The position numbers and the translations under genes are program-made. Positions 25,437 to 33,305 of a stretch of 33,305 nt of DNA are shown here, piece by piece. The first letter of the stretch is position 1, and each line of letters starts with the position of its first letter. The notes under the pieces are model-generated. The model did no database searches, was not told where the DNA came from, and was given only the letters and a program-made list of their open reading frames with translations. Source of the DNA: an archaeon (GTDB lineage Archaea; Micrarchaeota; Micrarchaeia; Norongarragalinales; UBA97); assembly GCA_020057405.1 (NCBI GenBank), contig JAGVFW010000001.1, positions 1 to 33,305 on the forward strand. Direction: 5' to 3'.

Positions 25437-26348
25437 ATGCTTGGCAAGTATCCTTTCTTAACCGCGGCCCGCGAGCTGGCGCGCGCTAAGGGCTTGGAGC
25501 GCATAGGCTTTGAGGACCTCGAAGGCGCCAAGAGGCGCGTTTTTGACGCAGTCAACCGGGCCGCTGCAAAGGAATTCCCGGTGATGGAGAACCCTTCAGA
25601 CGAGTCTTCAGTAATCTCGTACGCACTCGGCCGCCTTCTCCTCGCCATCAACGACAGCGACTACTACTGGCAAAAGTTCTCGCGCGGCGAAGCAGTGCTT
25701 GCAATGCAGTACCTGGCCCGCGAGCCCGCCCCCGGAGTGCTTAAAGTCGCCCGCGATTTTTTCCCCTCGATTGCCGAGGCCGAAGGCGGCTATTCGATTC
25801 CAATGGCCGAATACCTCGCTTACGGCTCGCAGCTCCCATCAACACGACTGTCCGCCGGCTTAGTCTCGCTAACAAAACGCGGGCTCTTTGAGCTTCTCAA
25901 AAACGCAGTCGCCCGCCGGGCCAAAGAAAAGCCACCTGCAGTACCAAAGAACGACTTGTTCAAGTCGGCCGCAGAGGAACTCAAGGCTTCGCTGCCAAAG
26001 CCAATCGTCGTGCGCGAGTACGAGGGCAGCCACCTGACTCTCCCCTGCGTCAAAGCAGTCCTTGCAGGCGCACCCGAGGGCAAGCGATATTACGGCAGCA
26101 TGGTGATTGCCAACGCCTGCCGCACTGACGGGCTAGGAAAAGCGGCTGCAACTGCAGTGATGCAGGAGTTTGTCAACAACTGCGGCAAGCAGACGCACCC
26201 GTTCACCATGCGCGAGGCTGAGGCGACTCTAGAGTGGGTCTACCGCCGTCCGCCCTTCTTCAACTGCAATGCAATACGCCAACACGGCCTAGCGCCCGAC
26301 GAATGCGCGTTTCCCTGCACGCGCGACCGGGCCAAGAGGAGGAAATGA
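25437..26348 (+). CDS. priL: DNA primase large subunit
   Basis: KYPFL N-terminus; LPCVK, EGKR and FNCNAIRQHGL..DEC..C Fe-S domain. Overlaps priS by ATGA. Confidence 0.85.
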   Translation: MLGKYPFLTAARELARAKGLERIGFEDLEGAKRRVFDAVNRAAAKEFPVMENPSDESSVISYALGRLLLAINDSDYYWQKFSRGEAVLAMQYLAREPAPGVLKVARDFFPSIAEAEGGYSIPMAEYLAYGSQLPSTRLSAGLVSLTKRGLFELLKNAVARRAKEKPPAVPKNDLFKSAAEELKASLPKPIVVREYEGSHLTLPCVKAVLAGAPEGKRYYGSMVIANACRTDGLGKAAATAVMQEFVNNCGKQTHPFTMREAEATLEWVYRRPPFFNCNAIRQHGLAPDECAFPCTRDRAKRRK

Positions 26349-27466
26349 CGAACGAACCCGCCAAGGAACTGTTCCGGCGGTACTACGTCGCCCGCACTCT
26401 TACCGTGCCGGCCCTCGCGCAACGCGAGTTCGGCTTCGGCTTTGAATCAAAAATCGACTACCGCCACAAGGCCTTCGGCAGCGAAGGGGAATTCAACGAC
26501 TTTATGCGCCGCGAAGCGCCCCTATACGCGTCCTACTCAACAGCCCGCTACTCGCTTCCGGCCGCAAGGCCGATGCCGCGCAAGGGCTCCCTCGGCACAG
26601 ACCTAGTTTTCGACCTCGACAAGACTTACGAGTCAGAGCATCCCGACTCGCATAATGCAATCGCCTGCGAAAGGTGCCTCTCCCGCTCGCGCGATGACGC
26701 CCTGCGATTTCTCGAGGAATTCCTCATCGCCGACTTCGGCTTCAAAAAGTCCGACGTCGCAGTCAACTTTTCAGGCAACAAGGGCTTCCACTTCCACGTG
26801 CGCACCGCGGCAGTCCAGCCCCTCTCTTCGCTTGCGCGAAAACAATTGTGCGACTACGCAGGCGGCTTTGAGGTAAGCGGCGAGACGCTGCTTGAGACGC
26901 TTGGCGAGGGCAAGGCGGCAGTGCTGCGCAGCCCGCAGCCGGGTGACGGCGGCTGGCGCGGAAAATTCTATTCCTCCGCCCTCGGTATTGCCCAAAACGC
27001 GACGCAAGAGTCGCTTCAAGAGAACGGCCTCACGAAAGGAAAGGCCGCCAAGTTCATGGAACAAAAGGCCGTCGTTGTTTCTGCAATCGAGCGCGGAAAG
27101 TGGGATTACCTGCCGTGGAGTCTCGACTTCTGGCGCAAAATCGCAGACGATACCGTGCGGGCGCACCGCGTCGAGCTTGACAAGCCCGTTTCCTTCGACC
27201 TCGCGCGCCTCATACGCATTCCGGGGACGCTGCACGGCTCAAGCGGGCTTGTCGCAAAACCCGTCGACGATTTGGCAAAGTTCGAGCCCCTCAAAGACGC
27301 GCTTGCCTTTAGCGGCCGGGAACGGCAGGCAGTCGTTTGCGACCATGACGTTTCGTTCGATTTTGGCGGGCAAACCCTTGACGTGAGGGCTGGGGTGACG
27401 GTTGAGCTTCCCCTCTCCGCCTCCCTGCTACTTTACTGCCGTGGCGTCGCCAAGCCGGCCGGCTGA
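26345..27466 (+). CDS. priS: DNA primase small (catalytic) subunit
   Basis: REFGF, DLVFDLD, H..CERC, FSGNKGFH, D..V..DLARLIRIPGTLHG.SGL. Confidence 0.96.
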   Translation: MTNEPAKELFRRYYVARTLTVPALAQREFGFGFESKIDYRHKAFGSEGEFNDFMRREAPLYASYSTARYSLPAARPMPRKGSLGTDLVFDLDKTYESEHPDSHNAIACERCLSRSRDDALRFLEEFLIADFGFKKSDVAVNFSGNKGFHFHVRTAAVQPLSSLARKQLCDYAGGFEVSGETLLETLGEGKAAVLRSPQPGDGGWRGKFYSSALGIAQNATQESLQENGLTKGKAAKFMEQKAVVVSAIERGKWDYLPWSLDFWRKIADDTVRAHRVELDKPVSFDLARLIRIPGTLHGSSGLVAKPVDDLAKFEPLKDALAFSGRERQAVVCDHDVSFDFGGQTLDVRAGVTVELPLSASLLLYCRGVAKPAG

Positions 27467-27531
27467 AAGCCTTTTTTAGCCACCGGCAGCCCAATAATTG
27501 CGAAGTTAGAGTGGGAGTGTTGTGGGTTTAG

Positions 27532-28059
27532 ATGACTGAAGCGAGTTTTGAGGCTCTGCGAAAAGTGCAGCTGCAGGAAAAGCACGAGTCACAGCTCGCC
27601 GAACTCGAGGAAGACTTTTTCGAGAAATACCGTTCGCTAATCGAACTCCAGCGCGAGCGCTTACGAAAAGACTTTTCACTAGAGGCGGCAACGTCGTTTG
27701 AGAACCTGCGCAGGCTGCTTGCCGAAGTTACGCGCAAGCGCGAGCAAAAGCTTTTCCTAAAGGCGCTGCGCGACTTTCACGCAGGCGAAGTGAGCGGCGA
27801 GGGTCTCGCGCGAGAGGAACGCGAGCTCTACAATTCTCTAGTGCGCCTGCTTTCCGAGTACGAGGCGCGCGCAATGCAGCAGTCGTCGGCCTCGGCCGCC
27901 AAGGAAGTCGACAAGCGCGTGCGCTTCTCTTCCGACGTCCCGGCATTCGTCGGCGCATCAGGTGCGAAAATCGGGCCGTTTGCCGCAGGCCAGGTGGCGC
28001 CCCTGCCGGCCACTGACGCCAAGTTGCTTCTCGAGCAGGGCGTCGTTTCAGAAGCTTAA
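27532..28059 (+). CDS. gins51: GINS complex subunit (Gins51/Gins15 type)
   Basis: QEK...LAELEEDFF, KREQKL, LAREERELY; B-domain VRF..DVPAFVG....GPF..G.VA.LP...AKLL. Conserved position after priS. Confidence 0.88.
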   Translation: MTEASFEALRKVQLQEKHESQLAELEEDFFEKYRSLIELQRERLRKDFSLEAATSFENLRRLLAEVTRKREQKLFLKALRDFHAGEVSGEGLAREERELYNSLVRLLSEYEARAMQQSSASAAKEVDKRVRFSSDVPAFVGASGAKIGPFAAGQVAPLPATDAKLLLEQGVVSEA

Positions 28060-28113
28060 TAACCCTTTTTCCACCTTATTGACATATCCGACTTACTGTT
28101 TAGGTGATTTTGA

Positions 28114-28401
28114 GTGATTGTTCCAAAGACCATGAAGACTTACTGCCCGACTTGCAATAACTATAGCGAGCACAAGGTCAAGGTCACTACTTCAAAGATT
28201 AAGCCCGGCCGCAAGCTCACAAAAGGCTCGCGCAGGCACGCGAGGAAACTCAAGGGCGTGCACGGAAAAGTCAAGGGCAAGGCGAAAGTCAAGAAGCAGG
28301 GAATCCGCAACCGCATCATGCTCGAGTGCCTCACCTGCAAGAAGAAGCACGAGCGCGTGATTTCGGGGCGCATGAAGAAGAAAGCGGAGTTGGCGAAATG
28401 A
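28114..28401 (+). CDS. rpl44e: 50S ribosomal protein L44e (eL42)
   Basis: PKTMKTYCPTC..H.V and LECLTCKK zinc ribbon; conserved synteny. Confidence 0.93.
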   Translation: MIVPKTMKTYCPTCNNYSEHKVKVTTSKIKPGRKLTKGSRRHARKLKGVHGKVKGKAKVKKQGIRNRIMLECLTCKKKHERVISGRMKKKAELAK

Positions 28402-28559
28402 GCAAGTTTCTTAGCGTGCAGTGCGCAGCGTGCAAGGCAAAGCAGACCGTTTTTGGCAATGCGACCGAGACTATCGCTTGCGCGGGCTGCGGCGATGTCA
28501 TCTGCACGCCAACCGGCGGCCGCACCATCGTGACTGGCAAGATTGTCGAAGTCCTCTAG
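28398..28559 (+). CDS. rps27e: 30S ribosomal protein S27e (eS27)
   Basis: MSKFLSVQCAAC...Q.VF...CAGCG..PTGG. ATGA overlap with eL42. Confidence 0.95.
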   Translation: MSKFLSVQCAACKAKQTVFGNATETIACAGCGDVICTPTGGRTIVTGKIVEVL

Positions 28560-28630
28560 ATTCTTTTTGGGACTCGGCATTTCCCAGATGCAACCAAGCC
28601 ATTATAATTCACTAAGCCCCTATTCGTACT

Positions 28631-29452
28631 ATGGCCGTTGCACCTGCAGTTTCGACTCCTCAAGCGTCCGCCCCCTCCAGAAATTACCCCGAGATGGGCG
28701 AATTCGTCATCGCAACTGTAAAGAAAATCATGCCATACGGCGCTTTTCTTTCCCTAGACGAGTATCCCGGAGTCGAGGGCTTCCTCCACATTTCACAAGT
28801 CAGCTCAGGCTGGGTAAGAAACATCCGCGAGCACTTGCGCGAGGGGCAAAAGACAGTTGCCAAAGTGCATACCCTTGACGCACAAAAAGGCCTCATCGAC
28901 TTAACCCTCAAGCAAGTTACCGAGGCCGACAAGCGGCGCAAGCTCGAGAGCTTCCAGGCAGAAAAGAAGGCAATCAAGCTCGTCGAAATCGTGGCGACAA
29001 AACTAAAGAAAGCGCCTGCAGTTGCCGCAAAGGAAGTCGTCGAGCCCCTCCTAAAGGCCTACGGCTCGCTTGCCGCCGGCCTCGAAGCGCTTCACACCGA
29101 AGACGATAAAGTCAAACTCCCCGAAGCGTGGGTAGCCGCCTTCAAGGAATTGCTTGACAAGGAGTTCAAGCCCAAGCGCATTGAACTGCGCACCAAGCTC
29201 ACCCTCAAGTTCAATTCCGGCGACGGAGTGGCGCACCTGCGAAAAACGCTTTCCGAAATCGAGACTCTCGCTGACGACAAGACAAAGACTACCGTGCAGG
29301 TCAAGTATCTGGGGGCGCCCAACTACTACATTGACATCGAGACCGGCGACTTCCGCAATGCCTCAAAGGCCCTAGAGAAGGCAGAGGTAATTCTTGCAAA
29401 GGCGTCAAAGGACGCCGATTGCGACTACTCCGTAGAGCCGGAGAAGCGCTGA
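28631..29452 (+). CDS. eif2a: Translation initiation factor 2 alpha subunit (aIF2alpha)
   Basis: S1 domain YPEMGEFVIATV..YGAF..LDEY..EGFLHISQV..GWVRNI; YLGAP.Y. Confidence 0.96.
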   Translation: MAVAPAVSTPQASAPSRNYPEMGEFVIATVKKIMPYGAFLSLDEYPGVEGFLHISQVSSGWVRNIREHLREGQKTVAKVHTLDAQKGLIDLTLKQVTEADKRRKLESFQAEKKAIKLVEIVATKLKKAPAVAAKEVVEPLLKAYGSLAAGLEALHTEDDKVKLPEAWVAAFKELLDKEFKPKRIELRTKLTLKFNSGDGVAHLRKTLSEIETLADDKTKTTVQVKYLGAPNYYIDIETGDFRNASKALEKAEVILAKASKDADCDYSVEPEKR

Positions 29453-29454
29453 AC

Positions 29455-29604
29455 ATGGACCTCCTAAAGAAATGCGTTTCTTGCGGCAAGTACTCGCTTA
29501 ACGCCAAATGCGCCTGCGGAGGGGAAACGAAAATCCCCCACCCGCCAAAGTATTCGATTGGGGACAAGTACTCGCAATACCGGCGAAAAGAAAAGTACGG
29601 TTGA
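29455..29604 (+). CDS. nop10: H/ACA RNP protein Nop10
   Basis: KKCVSCGKYSL..CACG...PHPPKYS..DKYSQYRR. Confidence 0.93.
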   Translation: MDLLKKCVSCGKYSLNAKCACGGETKIPHPPKYSIGDKYSQYRRKEKYG

Positions 29605-29620
29605 ATGGGGGGAACTAAAA

Positions 29621-30418
29621 ATGGCTTCTGAAACTTTTGACAATTCTCGCATCGAAGTGAAAGCCAAGCCCAAGCTCCAAAAGCCCATCCTCATCGTCGG
29701 CCTCCCCGGCATCGGCCTGGTAAGCAAGCTAGCCGCCGACAACATGGTAAAGTCGCTAAAGGCCAAGAAATTCGCAACACTCTACTCGCCCCACTTTCCA
29801 AACCAGGTCCTCGCGCTCAAAAACGGCCGGCTTCGGATGTTTTCAATGAAGTTCTTCAGCACCAAAGTCGGCAAGCGCGACGTCATCGTGCTAAAGGGCG
29901 ACCTGCAGCCCCTAACAGTCGAAGGCCAGTACGAAGTGTGCGCAAAAGTGCTCGAGTACTCAAAGTCCCTCGGCTGCACCGAAGTGCTTGCAATGGCGGG
30001 CTATGCGACAAACAACCTGCCGCCAAAGCCGCAAGTGTTTGCAACCTCGACGAGCAAGGCAATGCTTTCGCGCCTGCTAAAGTCAAGCTGCGCGCTTTCC
30101 CCAAACATCGTCCCAATCGTCGGCATGGCCGGCATGCTTCCCGCAATCGCCCCCATGTACGACATTAACGGCGCGTGCCTGCTTGTCGAGACTCCGGGGC
30201 CCATCGCCGACGCCAACGGCTCAAAGGCATTAACCGAAGTCATCGCCAAACTGCTTGGCGGAAAGGTTGACACTAGCCAGCTCTCAAAGCGCGCCGAAAA
30301 GGCAAGTAGGCTAATCGCGAATTTCGAAAAGCAGGCTGCAAAAGCCGGCGCGGCCCCATCCGGTCACGGCGGCGCAATGCCGGAAATGGCGAAAAGCGAC
30401 TTAAGCTACATCCGCTGA
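29621..30418 (+). CDS. Proteasome assembly chaperone family (PAC2) protein
   Basis: ILIVGLPGIGLVSKLA, LYSPHFP.QV, GDLQP, IVGMAG, CLLVET. Conserved position after nop10. Confidence 0.92.
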   Translation: MASETFDNSRIEVKAKPKLQKPILIVGLPGIGLVSKLAADNMVKSLKAKKFATLYSPHFPNQVLALKNGRLRMFSMKFFSTKVGKRDVIVLKGDLQPLTVEGQYEVCAKVLEYSKSLGCTEVLAMAGYATNNLPPKPQVFATSTSKAMLSRLLKSSCALSPNIVPIVGMAGMLPAIAPMYDINGACLLVETPGPIADANGSKALTEVIAKLLGGKVDTSQLSKRAEKASRLIANFEKQAAKAGAAPSGHGGAMPEMAKSDLSYIR

Positions 30419-30419
30419 A

Positions 30420-30575
30420 ATGAAACCAGAAAGCAACTTGCTTGAACCCCCATTGCCGCACCGGCTATTTGTTGCATTGTGCGCGTTTACTTTAGTTCTC
30501 GCAGTTGCGCGCGGCGCTTCTCCCGTTCTAGCACTCTCGGCCGTCGCATTCGCACTGGTTTTCGGCTGGCACTAA
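30420..30575 (+). CDS. 51-aa two-TM microprotein (absent from the ORF track)
   Basis: MKPESNLLEPPLPHRLFVALCAFTLVLAVARGASPVLALSAVAFALVFGWH; starts 1 nt after the PAC2 stop. Confidence 0.5.
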   Translation: MKPESNLLEPPLPHRLFVALCAFTLVLAVARGASPVLALSAVAFALVFGWH

Positions 30576-30657
30576 ACGAGTCCTGCCTCTAGGGTTAAGC
30601 GGGGTGCGCGCCTTCAACGCGTTTCTTTTAATATCGGCGGCGCCCATTCTACAGTTT

Positions 30658-31356
30658 GTGGACTTTTCCCCAGTACGCAAAAAAATACCTGAAATCGTAA
30701 GAAACAGGTTCAAGTCGGAGCCAGTTTTGGCTCGGGCAAAGGAAGCGTGGCGCGAACTCTGTGACGAAGACCGCGTGCTCGCCCGAATGAACCACTTGGA
30801 GGAATTTCATGAAGGCCGGGCGCACCCGCATTTTCTTGTCCCAAGCGCAGTCCTCTACCGCAACTTTTACGTTACTCACGTGCGGCCTGCGGTAACGGAG
30901 TTTGCGCTGCATTTTGCAAAGCACTTGAACCTGGATGTCGAACAAACGGGCGAGTTTCTGAAGGTTGCGGACAACCGTGATGAAATAGACCGGCTGGACG
31001 CGGGCGAGAGCTTGGCCGTTCACCCGACTTGCGGCGAACTCCGGGCGGTTTTCAGGAGCGCCCGCCGGGCGCTAGCAAAACGCCAGTTGCAGGAGTTTTT
31101 TCCATTCGCCGAGTTTACCAAAGAAGAGGTTTCGGAGCTAAAAGCCAAGTTAGTGGAACGGGAAAAACAGTTTGCCAGCCGGTCCGCCAAATCGCCTTCG
31201 CCAATTGCGTACTCCGACTTGTTTGAAGACATAGGCCATGCCGCGCTAGTACACTCTGTCGACATGGCCCGGCTGGTTGGTTCAAACCACTCAAACAAGT
31301 ACCGCGACATGTCATTTTACCTGACGTTACGACTATTTGAAAAACTGGAGAAATAG
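30658..31356 (+). CDS. Hypothetical helical protein; apparent paralogue of 12809..13537
   Basis: ORF 30604..31356. CTTTTAAT at about 30625-32 favours GTG 30658. Confidence 0.72.
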   Translation: MDFSPVRKKIPEIVRNRFKSEPVLARAKEAWRELCDEDRVLARMNHLEEFHEGRAHPHFLVPSAVLYRNFYVTHVRPAVTEFALHFAKHLNLDVEQTGEFLKVADNRDEIDRLDAGESLAVHPTCGELRAVFRSARRALAKRQLQEFFPFAEFTKEEVSELKAKLVEREKQFASRSAKSPSPIAYSDLFEDIGHAALVHSVDMARLVGSNHSNKYRDMSFYLTLRLFEKLEK

Positions 31357-31359
31357 AGC

Positions 31360-32679
31360 ATGCGTCCCCTATTCGCCGATTTCCACTTCCATTCCAAGTA
31401 CTCGCGTGCAGTCAGTCCCGCAATGTCGCTAGAGGGCCTTAGCTCGGGTGCGAAGAAAAAGGGCCTAGGGCTGCTTGGCACTGGCGACTTTAGCCACCCG
31501 CTTTGGTTTAAGGAACTAAAAGGAAAGCTCACTCCAGTCGGCGATACGGGTCTTTTCCGCCTGCGGACGGACGCTAACGAGACGCTTTTCACCCTCACTA
31601 ACGAAGTCGCGACATTCTTCTCAACGCCACAGGGTGCGAAGAAGACGCACCACATCATCCACGCCCCGTCCCTTGAAGTTGTCGAGCAGCTTAACGACGT
31701 TTATTCGAAGATGGGGAACCTGATGGCCGACGGCAGGCCAATGTTTGCAAAAACGAGCAACCCCGAATTCGTGGAGAAGAGTTTTGAAGTGTCAAAGGAC
31801 ATCATGATCTACCCCGCCCACGCCTTTACCCCCTGGTTTGGCGCATTCGGCAGCAATTCCGGCTACGACTCTTTGGAAGAAGCGTACGGAGACCAAGTCA
31901 AGCGCATCAAAGCACTTGAGACGGGGATGTCGGCGGACCCGGCAATGTGCTGGCGCATGTCGCAACTCGACAAGTTCACCCTCATCAGCAACAGCGACAG
32001 CCACTCAAACCACCCATGGCGGCTTGGCCGGGAATGCAACGCGTTTTCCTTTGCCCCAGGCGAATTGTCCTACGCCGCAATCCGCGCGGCGATTGAACAA
32101 AAGGACCGCGACCGTTTCCTCTTCACTGTCGAGACCCCGCCCGCTTACGGAAAGTACCACTGGGACGGCCACCGCCTGTGCAAATTCTCGTGTTCGCCGA
32201 AAGAATCGAAGAAACTGGGGGGCAAGTGCCCAGTGTGCAAGCAGTCGATGACGATTGGCGTCGAGTACCGCATCGAGGAACTCGCCGACAGGCCTGAAGG
32301 CTTTGTCCCGCCAGAGGCAATTCCATTCAAGGCCCTCCTGCCCCTCCACGAGCTTATCACTGTATTGCTTGGCGGCACGCTTTCAGGAAAGAAAGTGACT
32401 CTCGCCGCAGACAAACTCATGGCCGCGTTTCCAAGCGAGCTCGACATCCTGCTCTACGCGCAAGCAACTGAACTCATCAAGCACACTGACGAGGCCATAG
32501 TCGAGGCGATTCTGCTTAACCGCGAAGGCAAGATTGCAGTCAAGCCGGGTTTCGACGGGGAGTACGGCGTGCCGCAGCTGCCCGACTACCTGAAGTCCGC
32601 CAAGATTGAACGCAAGTCACGCGAGAAAAAGTTAGGCACTACAATTCCCAAAGTGCAGAAGAGCCTCGACGACTTCTAA
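31360..32679 (+). CDS. endoQ: Endonuclease Q family protein (PHP domain plus Zn finger)
   Basis: ADFHFHSKYSRAVS, GTGDFSHP, PAHAFTPW, ETGMSAD, SNSDSHS, RLGRE, GKYH.DGHR.C...CPVC, PGFDGEYG. C-terminal QKSLDDF. Confidence 0.93.
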   Translation: MRPLFADFHFHSKYSRAVSPAMSLEGLSSGAKKKGLGLLGTGDFSHPLWFKELKGKLTPVGDTGLFRLRTDANETLFTLTNEVATFFSTPQGAKKTHHIIHAPSLEVVEQLNDVYSKMGNLMADGRPMFAKTSNPEFVEKSFEVSKDIMIYPAHAFTPWFGAFGSNSGYDSLEEAYGDQVKRIKALETGMSADPAMCWRMSQLDKFTLISNSDSHSNHPWRLGRECNAFSFAPGELSYAAIRAAIEQKDRDRFLFTVETPPAYGKYHWDGHRLCKFSCSPKESKKLGGKCPVCKQSMTIGVEYRIEELADRPEGFVPPEAIPFKALLPLHELITVLLGGTLSGKKVTLAADKLMAAFPSELDILLYAQATELIKHTDEAIVEAILLNREGKIAVKPGFDGEYGVPQLPDYLKSAKIERKSREKKLGTTIPKVQKSLDDF

Positions 32680-32681
32680 TT

Positions 32682-33288
32682 TTACCCGTAAACGTGGTCC
32701 CAGTACTGCGGGTAGTTTTTCATCAAGTATTCCCGCAAAAGGTATTGAAACGCCAGTTGTTCGTCTCTATTGCGCTCGAATTGAGTTGTCGAGATTTTTG
32801 TGCCCAGCTTGCTTTTTTCCGTCGGCGGGTGACGGTGTTCAGCAGCGACGATGGCCGGGCCTACGACTGGATGGAACTGGTCGATTATGTCGACTTCCGC
32901 CGGCCTTGCTTTTGGCTGGAATTGCGCGTGGACCTGCCTTATTGCAGTTTGGAGCATCTTGTAGGACCGGCCAGAGGCCCGATAGTCAATTACCCTATAT
33001 CTTGCCGGTTTCTCGCCAGCCAGCGTTCTCGAAAGTGTTTTCATTCGCCGTTTTTTCTCAAGCTTTGCTTTCATCACCGTGATTGCATCCGATTCTTCTT
33101 CTTTTGAGGGGGGAAAGAGGTCGTAGTCGCGGGACTTCGGCGCGCCCACTACGTAAATCAGGTTGCCGGGATGGACCCTACGTTCGAATTCGTTTATTGC
33201 GCGAATGGTTTCGTGCAGTTGCCGCATCCTTTGGCCGACGAAAATAAGCCTGTCGTTCGGTTCGGCGTGTTCAAGCAGGTGCCGTGCC
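32682..33288 (-). CDS. 5'-truncated hypothetical protein with type I phosphoribosyltransferase-like motifs
   Basis: The frame stays open upstream of ATG 33227 to the contig end: ARHLLEHAEPNDRLIFVGQRMRQLHE. YRVIDYRASGRS resembles the PRPP-binding loop. Confidence 0.55.
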
Positions 33289-33305
33289 AGATCGGAAGAG
33301 CGTCG
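33289..33305 (+). other. Illumina TruSeq adapter remnant (assembly artefact)
   Basis: Terminal AGATCGGAAGAGCGTCG is identical to the start of the TruSeq adapter read-through. Confidence 0.95.

Noticed and set aside
33117-33160. Nucleotidyltransferase-like YVVG...RDYDL motif
   Set aside because: The G-to-DxD spacing is too short, and PRTase-like motifs explain the protein better.

Overview
Archaeal chromosome segment, most likely DPANN (Micrarchaeota-like; inferred from gene content, unfused priL/priS, C-x-D-S-D-G-G surface repeat and many ORFans). It ends at a contig end carrying 17 nt of Illumina adapter. The core archaeal information-processing genes are eS6, aIF5B/IF2, an intron-containing tRNA-Trp, RNase HII, the cluster priL-priS-GINS-eL42-eS27-aIF2alpha-Nop10-PAC2, and EndoQ. 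Also present are leucyl aminopeptidase, MgtC, an Fe-S PD-(D/E)XK nuclease and a ~7 kb block of three secreted Ig/CARDB-repeat surface proteins. Single lower-GC orphan genes are scattered between these. The most striking feature is an intact bacterial-type ECF sigma-70 factor (975-1535) behind an archaeal TATA-like box. It is flanked by the C-terminal and N-terminal fragments of a methyltransferase-like gene in permuted order. Other notable points: a 137-nt tRNA-Trp intron with a C/D guide for Cm34 plus extra hairpins, a K-turn-like leader upstream of eS6, two divergent paralogous ORFans 17 kb apart, and a shared LSGFF-transmembrane C-terminal motif on the surface proteins. All calls come from reading motifs by eye; no database searches were run.
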